Source: Pedobacter sp.
Lineage (GTDB): Bacteria > Desulfobacterota > Desulfuromonadia > Desulfuromonadales > Syntrophotaleaceae
Assembly: GCA_050253415.1 (NCBI GenBank)
Contig: JBFWJC010000001.1
Location: 808,679-872,678, forward strand
Direction: 5' to 3'
DNA: 64,000 nt
In this document: positions 9,717-20,743 of the stretch, piece by piece
Numbering within the stretch: position 1 is the stretch's first letter
Layout: each line of letters starts with the position of its first letter
Made by a program: the position numbers and the translations under genes
Notes under the pieces: model-generated
Database searches by the model: none
The model's input: the letters and a program-made list of their open reading frames with translations, nothing else
What the model was told of the DNA's origin: nothing

Positions 9717-11180
9717 TCAGCGGCGTCCGCCGAAGATGGAGCCCAGAATCCCGCGTATGATCTGGCGGCCCAGTTGGCTGCCGATGGTACGGGCCGCGCT
9801 TTTGATCATGGCCTCGCCGACGCCTTGTCGGCGCGACGCTGCCCTGGGTTGGCTTTTGGCCGGGGCAGGCTCCGAGGTCTGGGCTGCGGCAGTTTGGGCC
9901 CGCTGTTGCAGCATCTCGTAGGCGGAGTTGCGATCGAGGATCTGCTCGTAGCGGCCGTTGAGGGGGGAGCGTGAGATAATCGCCTGCCGCTCGCTATCGG
10001 CCAGCGGGCCGATGCGGGATTCCGGCGGGCGGATCAGGGTGCGTTCCACCGGCAGGGGGCGGCCTTGGGGATCGAGGGCCGAGACCAGCGCCTCGCCGAT
10101 GCCGAGAGTGGTGATGACGCTGGCGGTATCCAGCTGTGGATTGGGACGAAAAGTGCGGGCCACCGTGGCCACTGCTTGCTGGTCCTTGGGGGTGAAGGCC
10201 CGCAGGGCATGCTGGATTTTCATGCCCAACTGACCGAGCACGCTGTCCGGAATATCGAGAGGGCTCTGGGTGACGAAAAAGACCCCCACGCCTTTGGATC
10301 GAATCAGACGCACCACCTGCTCGATCTTTTCCGCCAGGGCCTTGGGAGCCTGGGAGAAGAGCAGATGTGCCTCGTCAAAAAAGAACACCAATCGTGGTTT
10401 GTCCGTATCTCCGGCCTCGGGCAGTTGCTCGAACAGTTCGGACAGCAGCCACAGCAAAAAGGTCGCGTAGATGCGCGGCGACTGCGCGACCAGGCGGGTG
10501 GCGTCGAGGATGCTGATTACACCCCGTCCGGAAAAATCGACATGCAACAGGTCGCTCAGCTGCAGGGCCGGTTCGCCGAAAAACAGGTTGCCCCCCTGTT
10601 CTTCGAGGACCAGCAACTGGCGTTGAATGGCACCGATGCTGGCGGACGAGATGTTGCCGTAGGTCGGGCGCAGGTCCCGCGCATGGTCGCTCATCCAGGC
10701 CAGCATGGCGCGCAGGTCTTTCAGGTCGAGTAGTAGTAGACCCTGATCGTCGGCAATGCGGAAACAGGCATACAGCAGGCCGCTCTGGGTATCGTTGAGA
10801 TCGAGGAGGTTGGTCAGCAGCAGGGGACCCATTTCCGAAACCGTGGTGCGGATGGGGTGACCGTTCTGGCCGTAGATATCCCAGAACGCCACCGGGCAGG
10901 CGCTTGGCGCATACTCCGGCAGGGGGATCTGGCGCAAGCGTTCCTCGATCTTTGGGTTGGGGGTTGCCGCTGCACCAAGTCCCGACAGGTCCCCCTTGAT
11001 GTCCGCGGCGAATACCGGTACCCCGAGACGGGAAAAACCCTCCGCCAGGATCTGCAGGGTGACGGTTTTGCCGGTACCGGTGGCTCCGGCGACAAGTCCG
11101 TGCCGGTTGCTCATGCTACCCAGTTGTTGTATGGGGATACCATTGGCAGCACCGATGATGAGTCCTGCAGTCTTGTTCAT
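9717..11180 (-). CDS. HerA-like ATPase, DUF853/YjgR family
   Basis: NRHGLVAGATGTGKT, DIKGDLSG, FFDEAHLLF, RSKGVGV, QHALRAFTP. Confidence 0.9.
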   Translation of the reverse strand: MNKTAGLIIGAANGIPIQQLGSMSNRHGLVAGATGTGKTVTLQILAEGFSRLGVPVFAADIKGDLSGLGAAATPNPKIEERLRQIPLPEYAPSACPVAFWDIYGQNGHPIRTTVSEMGPLLLTNLLDLNDTQSGLLYACFRIADDQGLLLLDLKDLRAMLAWMSDHARDLRPTYGNISSASIGAIQRQLLVLEEQGGNLFFGEPALQLSDLLHVDFSGRGVISILDATRLVAQSPRIYATFLLWLLSELFEQLPEAGDTDKPRLVFFFDEAHLLFSQAPKALAEKIEQVVRLIRSKGVGVFFVTQSPLDIPDSVLGQLGMKIQHALRAFTPKDQQAVATVARTFRPNPQLDTASVITTLGIGEALVSALDPQGRPLPVERTLIRPPESRIGPLADSERQAIISRSPLNGRYEQILDRNSAYEMLQQRAQTAAAQTSEPAPAKSQPRAASRRQGVGEAMIKSAARTIGSQLGRQIIRGILGSIFGGRR

Positions 11181-11354
11181 GGTGTGGTGGTCCTTGTGGT
11201 TGGTTATAAAACAGCGCACGGATGCGCTTTTGGATTTTTGAATGCACTACTCCATGAAGGCATGACATTTGTCGCGACGACAGGTGGTACTCGTCAATCC
11301 CGGCATCATGCCGCCTCCTGGGCAGTGCTTCTCTCCGGTCAGGTCTGAGCCGGG

Positions 11355-11543
11355 TCAATGTACCAGCGTTACATTGTTTTTAGACCAGGTCTTATGTTCG
11401 CCATTGTCCAGTTCGACTTCGAAGTATTCATCCGGGCGGCAGGCGATGATCTTGCCAACCTGGTGCAGAACGATATGCTTGACGCGTTTTTCGGTTCCCG
11501 GTTCCAGGGTCTGGCAGATGTTTGCAAATTCATCGTGACGCAT
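11355..11543 (-). CDS. Small hypothetical protein (62 aa)
   Basis: AAAGGAGA RBS before MRHDEFANIC; compact ORF with SH3-like beta character. Confidence 0.65.
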   Translation of the reverse strand: MRHDEFANICQTLEPGTEKRVKHIVLHQVGKIIACRPDEYFEVELDNGEHKTWSKNNVTLVH

Positions 11544-11586
11544 GGGGGTATCTCCTTTGCAGGGTATGGCCGGATGCCATATGGCG

Positions 11587-12006
11587 TTACGGATAGATGT
11601 CCTGCACGACATCCAGAATCAGATGGGTTCTTTCGTGCAGCAGGACGATGTCGGTGCCGACGATCAGTCGCACATAGCCGTACGGAAGGCGTGCCAGTCG
11701 CCGGTCAAGGTCATGGGGCAGTCGGTAGCTCGACAGGCCCGGGGGCAGCTCGCCATGCCGCGCCAGGTGTTTGCGCAACCCCGGCGGCAACCTTTGTTTT
11801 TTTGCCAGCCCGGGCGGCAAGGCGCGGCGATAATAATTGTAGATAGCGACCCGATCACGATCGGAAAAAGCCAGGTCCATGCGGACATCGCGGCTTCGCA
11901 CGGAGACTTGGCCATAGTTGGGATTGGCGACACATCCGGTCATCAGAGGAGCCGCGGCAAAAAGAGCGACCAGCAGCCAAGTGATTGAATCGAAACGCAA
12001 TTTCAT
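11587..12006 (-). CDS. Lipoprotein with PPGLxKK repeats (RcnB-like periplasmic family)
   Basis: Lipobox MTGC; three LPPGL motifs; C-terminus GTDIVLL..LILDV; GGGAGG RBS. Confidence 0.8.
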   Translation of the reverse strand: MKLRFDSITWLLVALFAAAPLMTGCVANPNYGQVSVRSRDVRMDLAFSDRDRVAIYNYYRRALPPGLAKKQRLPPGLRKHLARHGELPPGLSSYRLPHDLDRRLARLPYGYVRLIVGTDIVLLHERTHLILDVVQDIYP

Positions 12007-12121
12007 GGCACCCTCCCGGTATTTGGCAATTACACTTTATTTTAGCAGAGAATTCTTAAAGTGAGACCTGGCAGGGTGTTTTTGACCTATTCCTGGTGGC
12101 AGTTTCGCGCAAAGACCTGGA

Positions 12122-12354
12122 TTAACCGCGGAGCTCGCTGAGCCCCCGGGGAAAATCAGTTGGTGTGACAACACATTTTTCGCATTTTCAACGATCCTAA
12201 ATGTGTTTGCAAAGCACTTTAAATCTTTTTTTACAGGGATACTCAAGATACGCAGGATTAAAAACCAAGCCTTTGTCGGTGAGCTTTCATCCTGATCATC
12301 CCTGTTCGCTGTGGATTTATTGTTGTCGGGGGGCTTCGCGCTCTCTGCGGTAAA
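12122..12354. repeat. Nested REP-like palindromic repeats
   Basis: TTAACCGCGGAG...CTCTGCGGTAA outer arms; inner ACAGGGAT..CAGGAT / ATCCTG..ATCCCTGT arms. Confidence 0.6.
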
Positions 12355-12529
12355 AAAGCTCTTTCCTGGTCCTGGCCTTTTATATCGTTCTGGTAACCAA
12401 CCCGTTACCAAAAACAAAAGCCGCAAGCTCATCCAGCGGCAGACAATCGATATGCGAAGGTGTATACTGCGCCTTTGCTGTGGGTTTATGTTTCACCATT
12501 CTTTTACCTCTATTCACCGGACCCCTTTC

Positions 12530-13741
12530 ATGTCGACACAAACTGAAACCAGACACAACCTGCGCCTGATTATTCTCCTGCTCGGGGCCTTGACGGCCAT
12601 CGGTCCCTTGACGATCGACACTTACCTTCCGGCGTTTACCGCTATCGCCGCCGATCTGCATACCGATGTGGCAACGGTGGGCTGGTCTATGAGCAGTTAT
12701 TTCATCGGCATTGCGTTCGGGCAGCTTGTCTATGGACCTTTGTTGGATGTTTTCGGGCGCAAGAGTCCCCTCGTTTTCGGGCTGGTATTGTACGGAGCAG
12801 CCTCCCTGGGTTGCGCTCTGAGTTCGAATGTTCAATGGCTTATCGGATTGCGGCTGGTGTTGGCGCTCGGTGCCTGTGTCGGGATGGTTGCGGCACGGGC
12901 GGTGGTGCGGGATCTTTTCCCCCTCAACGAAACGGCGCGGGTTTTTTCGACGCTGATGCTGGTCATGGGGCTGGCACCGATCGTGGCTCCAACCCTGGGA
13001 GGGGTCATCGTTGCCAGCCTCGGATGGCGCTATATTTTTATTCTGTTGGGCGCTGTTGCCGTGTTGATGCTGGTCGGCGTCTGGTGGATACTGCCTTCCC
13101 TTGCCGGGCATGGCCGACGTGAAGCTTTGCATCCTCGCAGGGCGTTGCGCGATTACCTGGCGGTACTGGCGGTGCCGGGCTTTACCCTGCGCATGCTGAC
13201 CGGGAGCTTCCATATTGCCGGCCTGTTTGCCTATCTAACCGCCTCGCCGCTGATTTTTATGGATATATTCGGCATGTCCGGGCCCCGTTACGGTTGGACC
13301 ATGGGATGCAATGCCCTGGCGCTGATTGTTGGTAGTCAGGTCAATGCCAGATGCCTGAAACACTTTTCCCTGAGCGGCGTATTGTGGGGCAGCAATCTGT
13401 GCCAGCTGGCAGCCAGCGCACTGTTTGTCCTTGGTGTGACCTTTGCTCCGGTCAACCTCTGGATGGTACTGGCCTTTTCGGCAGTGTACCTGTTCTGCCT
13501 TGGTTTTTTGCTGCCGGATATTACCGCCCTGATCATGCACCCGTTTGCGCGAGAACAGGCAGGCAGTGCTTCGGCGCTGTTGGGGTCGGTGCAGATGCTG
13601 GCCGGCGCCGTGGCTGCCGCCATGGTGAGTGGAGGGTATGACGGCACGGTTGCCGTCATGACGATAAGCATGCCGGTATGTGCCCTGGCCAGCGTCGGCT
13701 TGCTATGGCGAGAACGGCGGATGGGGTATGTGCAGGTGTAA
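12530..13741 (+). CDS. Bcr/CflA-family MFS multidrug efflux transporter
   Basis: IDTYLPAF, GQLVYGPLLDVFGRK, ARAVVRDLF, APIVAPTLGG; about 12 TM segments. Confidence 0.93.
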   Translation: MSTQTETRHNLRLIILLLGALTAIGPLTIDTYLPAFTAIAADLHTDVATVGWSMSSYFIGIAFGQLVYGPLLDVFGRKSPLVFGLVLYGAASLGCALSSNVQWLIGLRLVLALGACVGMVAARAVVRDLFPLNETARVFSTLMLVMGLAPIVAPTLGGVIVASLGWRYIFILLGAVAVLMLVGVWWILPSLAGHGRREALHPRRALRDYLAVLAVPGFTLRMLTGSFHIAGLFAYLTASPLIFMDIFGMSGPRYGWTMGCNALALIVGSQVNARCLKHFSLSGVLWGSNLCQLAASALFVLGVTFAPVNLWMVLAFSAVYLFCLGFLLPDITALIMHPFAREQAGSASALLGSVQMLAGAVAAAMVSGGYDGTVAVMTISMPVCALASVGLLWRERRMGYVQV

Positions 13742-13807
13742 TTGCCTGTTCGTGCCGCAAGACGTTTATGAGGAGCCTTGAATTTTTTTGCCCAGCTGTT
13801 ATGTTAA

Positions 13808-14965
<1,158 letters not shown>

Positions 14966-15007
14966 TCCTGTCCCGGAGGCAGGGCACGGGCAGACGTAAC
15001 AACCGGT

Positions 15008-15051
15008 AAAAAAGGCCGGGCGCTTTGAGATAAAGCCGCCTGGCCTTTTTT
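15008..15051. terminator. Rho-independent terminator after gap
   Basis: AAAAAAGGCCGGGCG...CGCCTGGCCTTTTTT. Confidence 0.75.
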
Positions 15052-15052
15052 C

Positions 15053-15080
15053 TTGACAGAAATTTCTTTTCGGATAAAAT
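15053..15080 (+). promoter_or_regulatory. Sigma70-like promoter of the RCKP mini-gene
   Basis: TTGACA-N16-TAAAAT. Confidence 0.6.
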
Positions 15081-15129
15081 CATAACCAAATTGGTTATAA
15101 ATAAGAATGTTATCTGAAAGGAGACTAGG

Positions 15130-15237
15130 ATGGCTGTTTGGAAATGCGAAAAATGCGGATTTGAAAAAGAAGGCCGCTGTAAGCCTAAAAAATGTCCCAC
15201 CTGCGAGGCTGCCGGCACCTTTGCCAAGAAGGACTGA
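15130..15237 (+). CDS. 35-aa RCKP-type rubredoxin-like protein (copy 1)
   Basis: MAVWKCEKCGFEKEGRCKPKKCPTCEAAGTFAKKD; AAAGGAG RBS; below the ORF-track size cutoff. Confidence 0.88.
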   Translation: MAVWKCEKCGFEKEGRCKPKKCPTCEAAGTFAKKD

Positions 15238-15463
15238 TTTTTTCCTCCCCTGAATCCTCTCCAAACCAACAGGGCCGGCATATCGCCGGCCCTGTTGGTT
15301 TATCTGCTAGCCCTTTTCAAAAGCAGGCAAACTCCCTGACATTGAACGATCCTGGTCTTTTTCGTATTCCAGGGTTCGCTGGGCAAGAGTTTCCACCACC
15401 ATTCACTGACCGCAAGTTTTCCAAGATAACTTATCGACCAGCAGTGCTTTGTGCTGCTAGCTG

Positions 15464-18400
15464 TCAGGAATTGAACGGGACCTGATAGCTTCTAATCGAG
15501 TCCCGAAAGTAATTCTTTTTCAATAGAACGATAAAGTCTTTGGCGCTCATAGGTTTGCTGCATAAATAGCCTTGATAGTATTCGCATCGGAACTTTTGAA
15601 GCAAAGCCAATTGTTCTTTTGTCTCGACACCTTCCGCGATGGATTTCAAACCAAGGCTTTGCCCCATTTCGATAATGGTCTTTGTTAAAACAGCATCGTG
15701 CTCATCGGTGCAGATATCCCGGATGAAAGACCGATCGATTTTCAGCCTGTCAATGCAGAAGCGCTTGAGGTAGCTCAGGCTGGAATATCCCATACCGAAA
15801 TCATCAAGTGCCAGACTAACCCCGATAGTTTTCAGCTCCTGCATAATATTTTCAACTAAGGGTAAGTTTTCCAGGAAAAGACCTTCCGTCATTTCCAGCT
15901 CCAGCCGCTGCGGGTGTAGACCATATTTTTGTAGGGTTCTCGCAACAAAAGAAGGGAAAGCCTGATCAAGAAATTGTTTTGCGGAGATATTTACTGCGAC
16001 AGTTATGGGGGGCGCCCCTTGTGCATCCCATGTCTGGATGGTGCGACAGACTTCTTCCAGAATCCATTCTCCCAGGGGGACGATCTGGTTTGTCTCTTCA
16101 GCAATGGGGATGAACTGGTCGGGAGGTACAAAGCCCCATGTCGGATGTTGCCAGCGAATGAGTGCTTCTGCACAGACAATTTTATTGTCATCTACGGTAC
16201 AGATCGGTTGATAGTGCATGATTAACGCATCGCTGGATATCGCTTTACGCAACTCTTTTTCAATGTGAGAACGCTTTTCGATCCTGGCACCAATTTCCTG
16301 TTGGTAAAACTCGATCTTGTTGCCTCCAGCCTTTTTTGCAACATACATGGCGGCATCTGCTCTTTTAAATAAGGTGTCGAAATCCGTGCCATCCTCACCA
16401 TACATTGCAACGCCTATGCTCATGCTGATATATGCTTGGTGCTCATTGAGGTTAAAAGGGAGTGCGGTAACTTTGGAAATTTTCTGAATCATGGAGCCAA
16501 GAGCCGATGCTGACAAGATATCGCCGAACAAAAGTAAAAATTCATCCCCACCAATGCGACACACGATATCGGTGCTCCGTATGGCATTCTGCAATCGTTC
16601 ACCGATTTGGCAGAGTAACGAATCGCCGGAAGAATGGCCCAGAAGGTTATTGATGAATTTAAACCCGTCCAGATCCAATACGCAAAGGGCCATGGATGTC
16701 TTAGATCGCTGCGCGTAAGACATTTGTTGGGCAAAATGGTCTTTTAGGAAGAAGCGATTGGGTAGACCGGTTAAATGGTCATGGTGAGCCAAGTAGGCGA
16801 TACGTTCTTGATCTTTTTTTTGATCGGTAACATCCATCAAAACCGCCATGATGGCGTAGATTGTTTGTTGTGAATCATAAAGAGGTGTATTAAACAGTAG
16901 AAAATCCCGACACTGACCATCCTTTGTATAGCGTTTAACCTCCACCCGGGAAATTATTTCTCCGGCAAAGACGCGTTTGTTTTTCTCAAAAAATTCTTGG
17001 ATGTCTTCTTTCGGAATGGATGGTACGAGTCGGTTCAAAGTTTCCTTTTCCGACCATCCTAGAACCTTTTCTGCTTCGGGGTTCCATGATAGGACCTTGC
17101 CGTCCTGAGTGTGGGCGATTACTGGCAAGGGCGTGGCCTTATAAAGCGCTTCGAATTTATTGTTGGTCTCCCAGTTTTCTTCCTCGGCTCTTTGTCTTTG
17201 CTTCTCCCGATCGAAGTTATCCAAGGCAAAGGAAATGTCGGCCGCCATCTCTTCAAATACTCTGACAATGTCAGTGTGAAAAAAATCTTGCTCCCGGGCG
17301 TAAAGGTTGAGGGTCCCGAATAAACAATTCCTGGAGCGTATGGGGAAACAAGCCATCGCCTGAATGCCCTTTTTTTGAGCGTCATTGACTCGTGTATGGA
17401 GATACGGATCCTTTATGATGTTATTGCAGATGTAGGCGCGCTCGGTTTTAAGCACCCTTTCTGTAATGTTGGGCCTATTGTGAACTGGGTCTATGGAAGA
17501 ATGGCGAGGGGGGATTCCATCAAATGCTATAGTCTGAAAATTTTTTGTTTGTGGATCGACTTGATTTATAAGTGCAATTTTGAGGTGGCCATTATTGATT
17601 GCGACCCGGCAAATTTCCTTCAACAATGAATCCGCTGTTTTTTGGCGTACAATAGCCTGATTGGTATGGCTTAGAACATCATAAACCCTGGCCAGCCTTG
17701 ACGAGACCTCTTTCGCTTCTTTTCTTTCCGTGATGTCTGACAGGGTGATGATGTAGAAGTTATCGTTGCCGCTGAAATCAAGAGACTTTTTGCCAAAAAT
17801 GCTGAAACACCGATCACCCTGTCGGGTTGAAATTATTTTTTCAGCAATAAAAAAATCACTATCCTTCATTATATTGAAGTTCAGGGATCTTAGCCAGTCA
17901 AGAGTTAAAGAGGAACCAATGGATTCGGAATAATGGTGATTTAATAGATGCAGTTCGCTGAAAGTTTCTCTTGCGGCAGAATTAACGTTCAGAATATCGC
18001 CAGCATCATTAATCAAAAAAACCGGATGTGGAAAACTTTCAAAAATCAACTTATAACGATTCTTTTTATTATTAAGATTGAAGTTTGTTGATATTAGCTC
18101 CTCTATGCTCTCGTCTTTTTTCTGTCCTATCCATTCATTAATAAAGCCAAGTTCAATTCTATCAAAGCATCTATCCAAGAGTAAGAGATACTGAGCCTTA
18201 CTTTCAATATCATAATTAGTCTCTTCTATAAAGTCCCGAAAACTTTGCCGATAGTATTTATTCCATCCAAAAAACATGGTTAAAGTAACGCCACGAGCTC
18301 TATGCTTTTGCGCTTCGATTATTCCAAAAGAGGCGAGACAATCTTGAGTATAATCTTCTTCTGAAGAGAGTTCAGGAATGTCTTTATATAAAGTGGCTGC

Positions 18401-18562
18401 AAGGCAAATCTGGTCGGTAAGCCCTCTTATTGCACCGCGCCATGCTTCAGCCATCGAGGGCGCATGTTTGATGAATCCGGTTTTTTTAGCATAGCCGAAT
18501 ACTCGTTCAAGGATCCGGTCTTCACCAAGCTTGAGGGTGTCGCCTAAAGGTGAAAAATCCAT
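15464..18562 (-). CDS. PAS-GAF-PAS-GGDEF-EAL diguanylate cyclase/phosphodiesterase
   Basis: HDHLTGLPNR, RSTD..RIGGDEF, EALIRW, DDFGMGYSS, LKIDRSF, AEGVET. Confidence 0.95.
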   Translation of the reverse strand: MDFSPLGDTLKLGEDRILERVFGYAKKTGFIKHAPSMAEAWRGAIRGLTDQICLAATLYKDIPELSSEEDYTQDCLASFGIIEAQKHRARGVTLTMFFGWNKYYRQSFRDFIEETNYDIESKAQYLLLLDRCFDRIELGFINEWIGQKKDESIEELISTNFNLNNKKNRYKLIFESFPHPVFLINDAGDILNVNSAARETFSELHLLNHHYSESIGSSLTLDWLRSLNFNIMKDSDFFIAEKIISTRQGDRCFSIFGKKSLDFSGNDNFYIITLSDITERKEAKEVSSRLARVYDVLSHTNQAIVRQKTADSLLKEICRVAINNGHLKIALINQVDPQTKNFQTIAFDGIPPRHSSIDPVHNRPNITERVLKTERAYICNNIIKDPYLHTRVNDAQKKGIQAMACFPIRSRNCLFGTLNLYAREQDFFHTDIVRVFEEMAADISFALDNFDREKQRQRAEEENWETNNKFEALYKATPLPVIAHTQDGKVLSWNPEAEKVLGWSEKETLNRLVPSIPKEDIQEFFEKNKRVFAGEIISRVEVKRYTKDGQCRDFLLFNTPLYDSQQTIYAIMAVLMDVTDQKKDQERIAYLAHHDHLTGLPNRFFLKDHFAQQMSYAQRSKTSMALCVLDLDGFKFINNLLGHSSGDSLLCQIGERLQNAIRSTDIVCRIGGDEFLLLFGDILSASALGSMIQKISKVTALPFNLNEHQAYISMSIGVAMYGEDGTDFDTLFKRADAAMYVAKKAGGNKIEFYQQEIGARIEKRSHIEKELRKAISSDALIMHYQPICTVDDNKIVCAEALIRWQHPTWGFVPPDQFIPIAEETNQIVPLGEWILEEVCRTIQTWDAQGAPPITVAVNISAKQFLDQAFPSFVARTLQKYGLHPQRLELEMTEGLFLENLPLVENIMQELKTIGVSLALDDFGMGYSSLSYLKRFCIDRLKIDRSFIRDICTDEHDAVLTKTIIEMGQSLGLKSIAEGVETKEQLALLQKFRCEYYQGYLCSKPMSAKDFIVLLKKNYFRDSIRSYQVPFNS

Positions 18563-18802
18563 TGTGGCTCACTTTCATGCAGGCATAACCATGGAAAAAC
18601 GACCAAGTTTCCAGTATTTAATGAATTTTATCGAAGTGTATCAGGGGGTGGTAAAAATGCCATAATTTATTATATTTTTCTTTGAAAATAATAATAAAAA
18701 TTGCCCCTATCTGTTTGCATATCTGGAACCCCTGTGTAGAATGAGAATATTCAAAGGCCTTGTTTTTGCTCGGGTCTTTTTGTGTGTCGAGAAGGGGGCG
18801 CA

Positions 18803-19387
18803 ATGAAGGTTCTCATCCTCAACGATTGCAGCGATAAAAAAACAGCAGTATCTGACCCGCTAAGAGGTATTTGCGATGGAATTGCTGCTCCCCACGAGAT
18901 CGAATGGGTCAATATTGGCAGTCTGACAATTCAGCCCTGTATGAGATGTCTTAAATGTTATCCGTGTGGCGAATGTCTCCTTCCTGAAGACGACGCTCAC
19001 AAGATCGGGCGTATGCTTTTTGCCGCCGATGCTTTGGTGATCGGCCTGAATGCCTCCATGAACAGGCTGCGTTTCCGATTTAAGATGCTGCTTCAGCGCT
19101 GTATGGCATCCATAGTTTTTCAGGATCACGAAGGCAAGCTCTGCCCTTGGCGTAAAGGACGGGTCGCGGTGGTTGCAGGGATGGAATCATCGGAACGAAT
19201 GGTTGCCGGGTCACCAGGCAGGTCTGGCATTGTTCCCCCTTTACTCAACCAAGTATTGGAATCCGGTGGGTTTCATGTGATTGGTAATGTGACCGGATAT
19301 TCAAGTGAATTTTCTGTGTCTGGAATGTTGCCCATAGAGCAAGCCCGGGCTTTAGGATGCTCCTTGTCCTGCATTATGTCGGTCTAG
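18803..19387 (+). CDS. Divergent flavodoxin / iron-sulfur-flavoprotein-like protein
   Basis: MKVLILN start; PCMRCLKC..GEC...DD cysteine cluster; FMN-loop motifs degenerate. Confidence 0.7.
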   Translation: MKVLILNDCSDKKTAVSDPLRGICDGIAAPHEIEWVNIGSLTIQPCMRCLKCYPCGECLLPEDDAHKIGRMLFAADALVIGLNASMNRLRFRFKMLLQRCMASIVFQDHEGKLCPWRKGRVAVVAGMESSERMVAGSPGRSGIVPPLLNQVLESGGFHVIGNVTGYSSEFSVSGMLPIEQARALGCSLSCIMSV

Positions 19388-19514
19388 GCAGAGAACACGG
19401 CTCCTACCGGGCCGAGTCGCTGCCTCTCCTTGCCAAATTACCATGTATTTTGACATAGCAAGAGGACTTTGCTTTAGCGTTGCTGTTAAAGTCTGCCACT
19501 CTTTTGGAGGAGAA

Positions 19515-19892
19515 ATGGTCTCCATAAACGAGTCTTTGGCTATTTCTGAAAAGCGTTTGGAAGATCGTGTCGCTGCACGAGTTACGGTGCAGCTGTTTCA
19601 GGAGAACAGAGTCCTCCTCACCGAATATTCTGTCAATTTGAGTGTTGGCGGGATCTTTCTGGAGGCGGAGAAGCTTTTGGCAGAGTGGACGCGTTTGGTG
19701 CTTCATTTCGAACTGCCCGATTCAAGGCATATTCATTGTCAGGCCAGGGTTGCCTGGGTAAATAACCCTCAAAGCCTGCTTTGCCAAGATCTTCCGCCGG
19801 GCATGGGTATACAATTTATTGACCTTCAGCCTGAGGATATGGAGTCCCTACGAGAATTCGTCAAGAAAAAGTTGATTTTAGCTGCCTGGTAG
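19515..19892 (+). CDS. Single-domain PilZ protein (TIGR02266-like)
   Basis: RLEDR (RxxxR), NLSVGGIF (NxSxGG), ARVAW, GMGIQF; GGAGGAG RBS. Confidence 0.88.
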   Translation: MVSINESLAISEKRLEDRVAARVTVQLFQENRVLLTEYSVNLSVGGIFLEAEKLLAEWTRLVLHFELPDSRHIHCQARVAWVNNPQSLLCQDLPPGMGIQFIDLQPEDMESLREFVKKKLILAAW

Positions 19893-20000
19893 CTTTGGAG
19901 AAAAGTACAACCCAATCCCCTTGCGAGCTTTTTTAATAACAGATGGATCTTGATGGGGAAAAACTGGTCACAACATCATAAATATTTGTGAGGGGGAGCA

Positions 20001-20732
20001 ATGCCAGGCAACCAAGCAGATACTTTGACCAAATTGTTTCCGGCACATAATCAGGTACAAGAAAGAATCCCTGTAATTTGCGATGAGAGGCGTGGCATCG
20101 CTTCCTTGAGAAAAACAGATGGTCTGGCTGAGCGGGTTTCCTTGAAGTTGGACATTTGCGCCCGAAAAATTCAGTTCATCAAGCTTGATAATCTGTTAGA
20201 CCTTTCCCCTGGCGATATTCCGGAAGATTATCTTTTTTGGCTGAATCTGTGCGCCGCGCATGGAGTCAAGTTGGTAACGCCTGGCAGAGTTTTTGATCCC
20301 AATGAGTATCATGACTGGATACGAATTCTTGAGGATGCCGGGTTCGACTGGGAAGAAATAAACAATCTGAATTGCGAGAGGGCCAGAAAAAAGAATGGAG
20401 AGTCTTCGGGTAGAGGGACGTCTCTGTTTGAAAATCCTCCTGCGCCCTATGTATATGAGGCGAGTCTTGGAGGGATAACGGTCGATTTTGACCAGTTGCG
20501 GCATATGGAAAAAGTATGGGCGTTGGCAGAGCGCCATCCTATTCCGGTTGTATCTGAAAACGCTGGGCTGCCTGTCTCTTTCGTTCGTCGAGCTATTTCA
20601 GTCGAACGGCTTCTTTTTTATCAGGGGCTGTGGCTTGATGCTGCAACCGGAGAATTAAGGAAAGGACACTGGTCGCCAGTAATGAAGGCCGAACAGGCAG
20701 GCCATATTCTTGCTAATCGACAACGATGCTGA
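20001..20732 (+). pseudogene. Degenerate, truncated large serine recombinase-like ORF
   Basis: Resolvase/recombinase-like segments (DE..GIAS, WLNLCAAHGVKLVT..RVFDP, NPPAPYVY...VD.DQ); no YxRxS or SRLSR motifs. Confidence 0.6.
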
Positions 20733-20743
20733 CACAGGAAAGC

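Larger units (their letters stand above)
15042..15306 (+). repeat. Direct repeat copy 1 (~265 bp: promoter, mini-gene and hairpin)
   Basis: Aligns by eye with 20744-21010 along its full length. Confidence 0.92.
15307..20743. mobile_element. Putative degenerate genomic islet between direct repeats
   Basis: Flanked by ~265-bp direct repeats, visibly AT-richer than its flanks, ends in a recombinase-like ORF. Confidence 0.55.
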
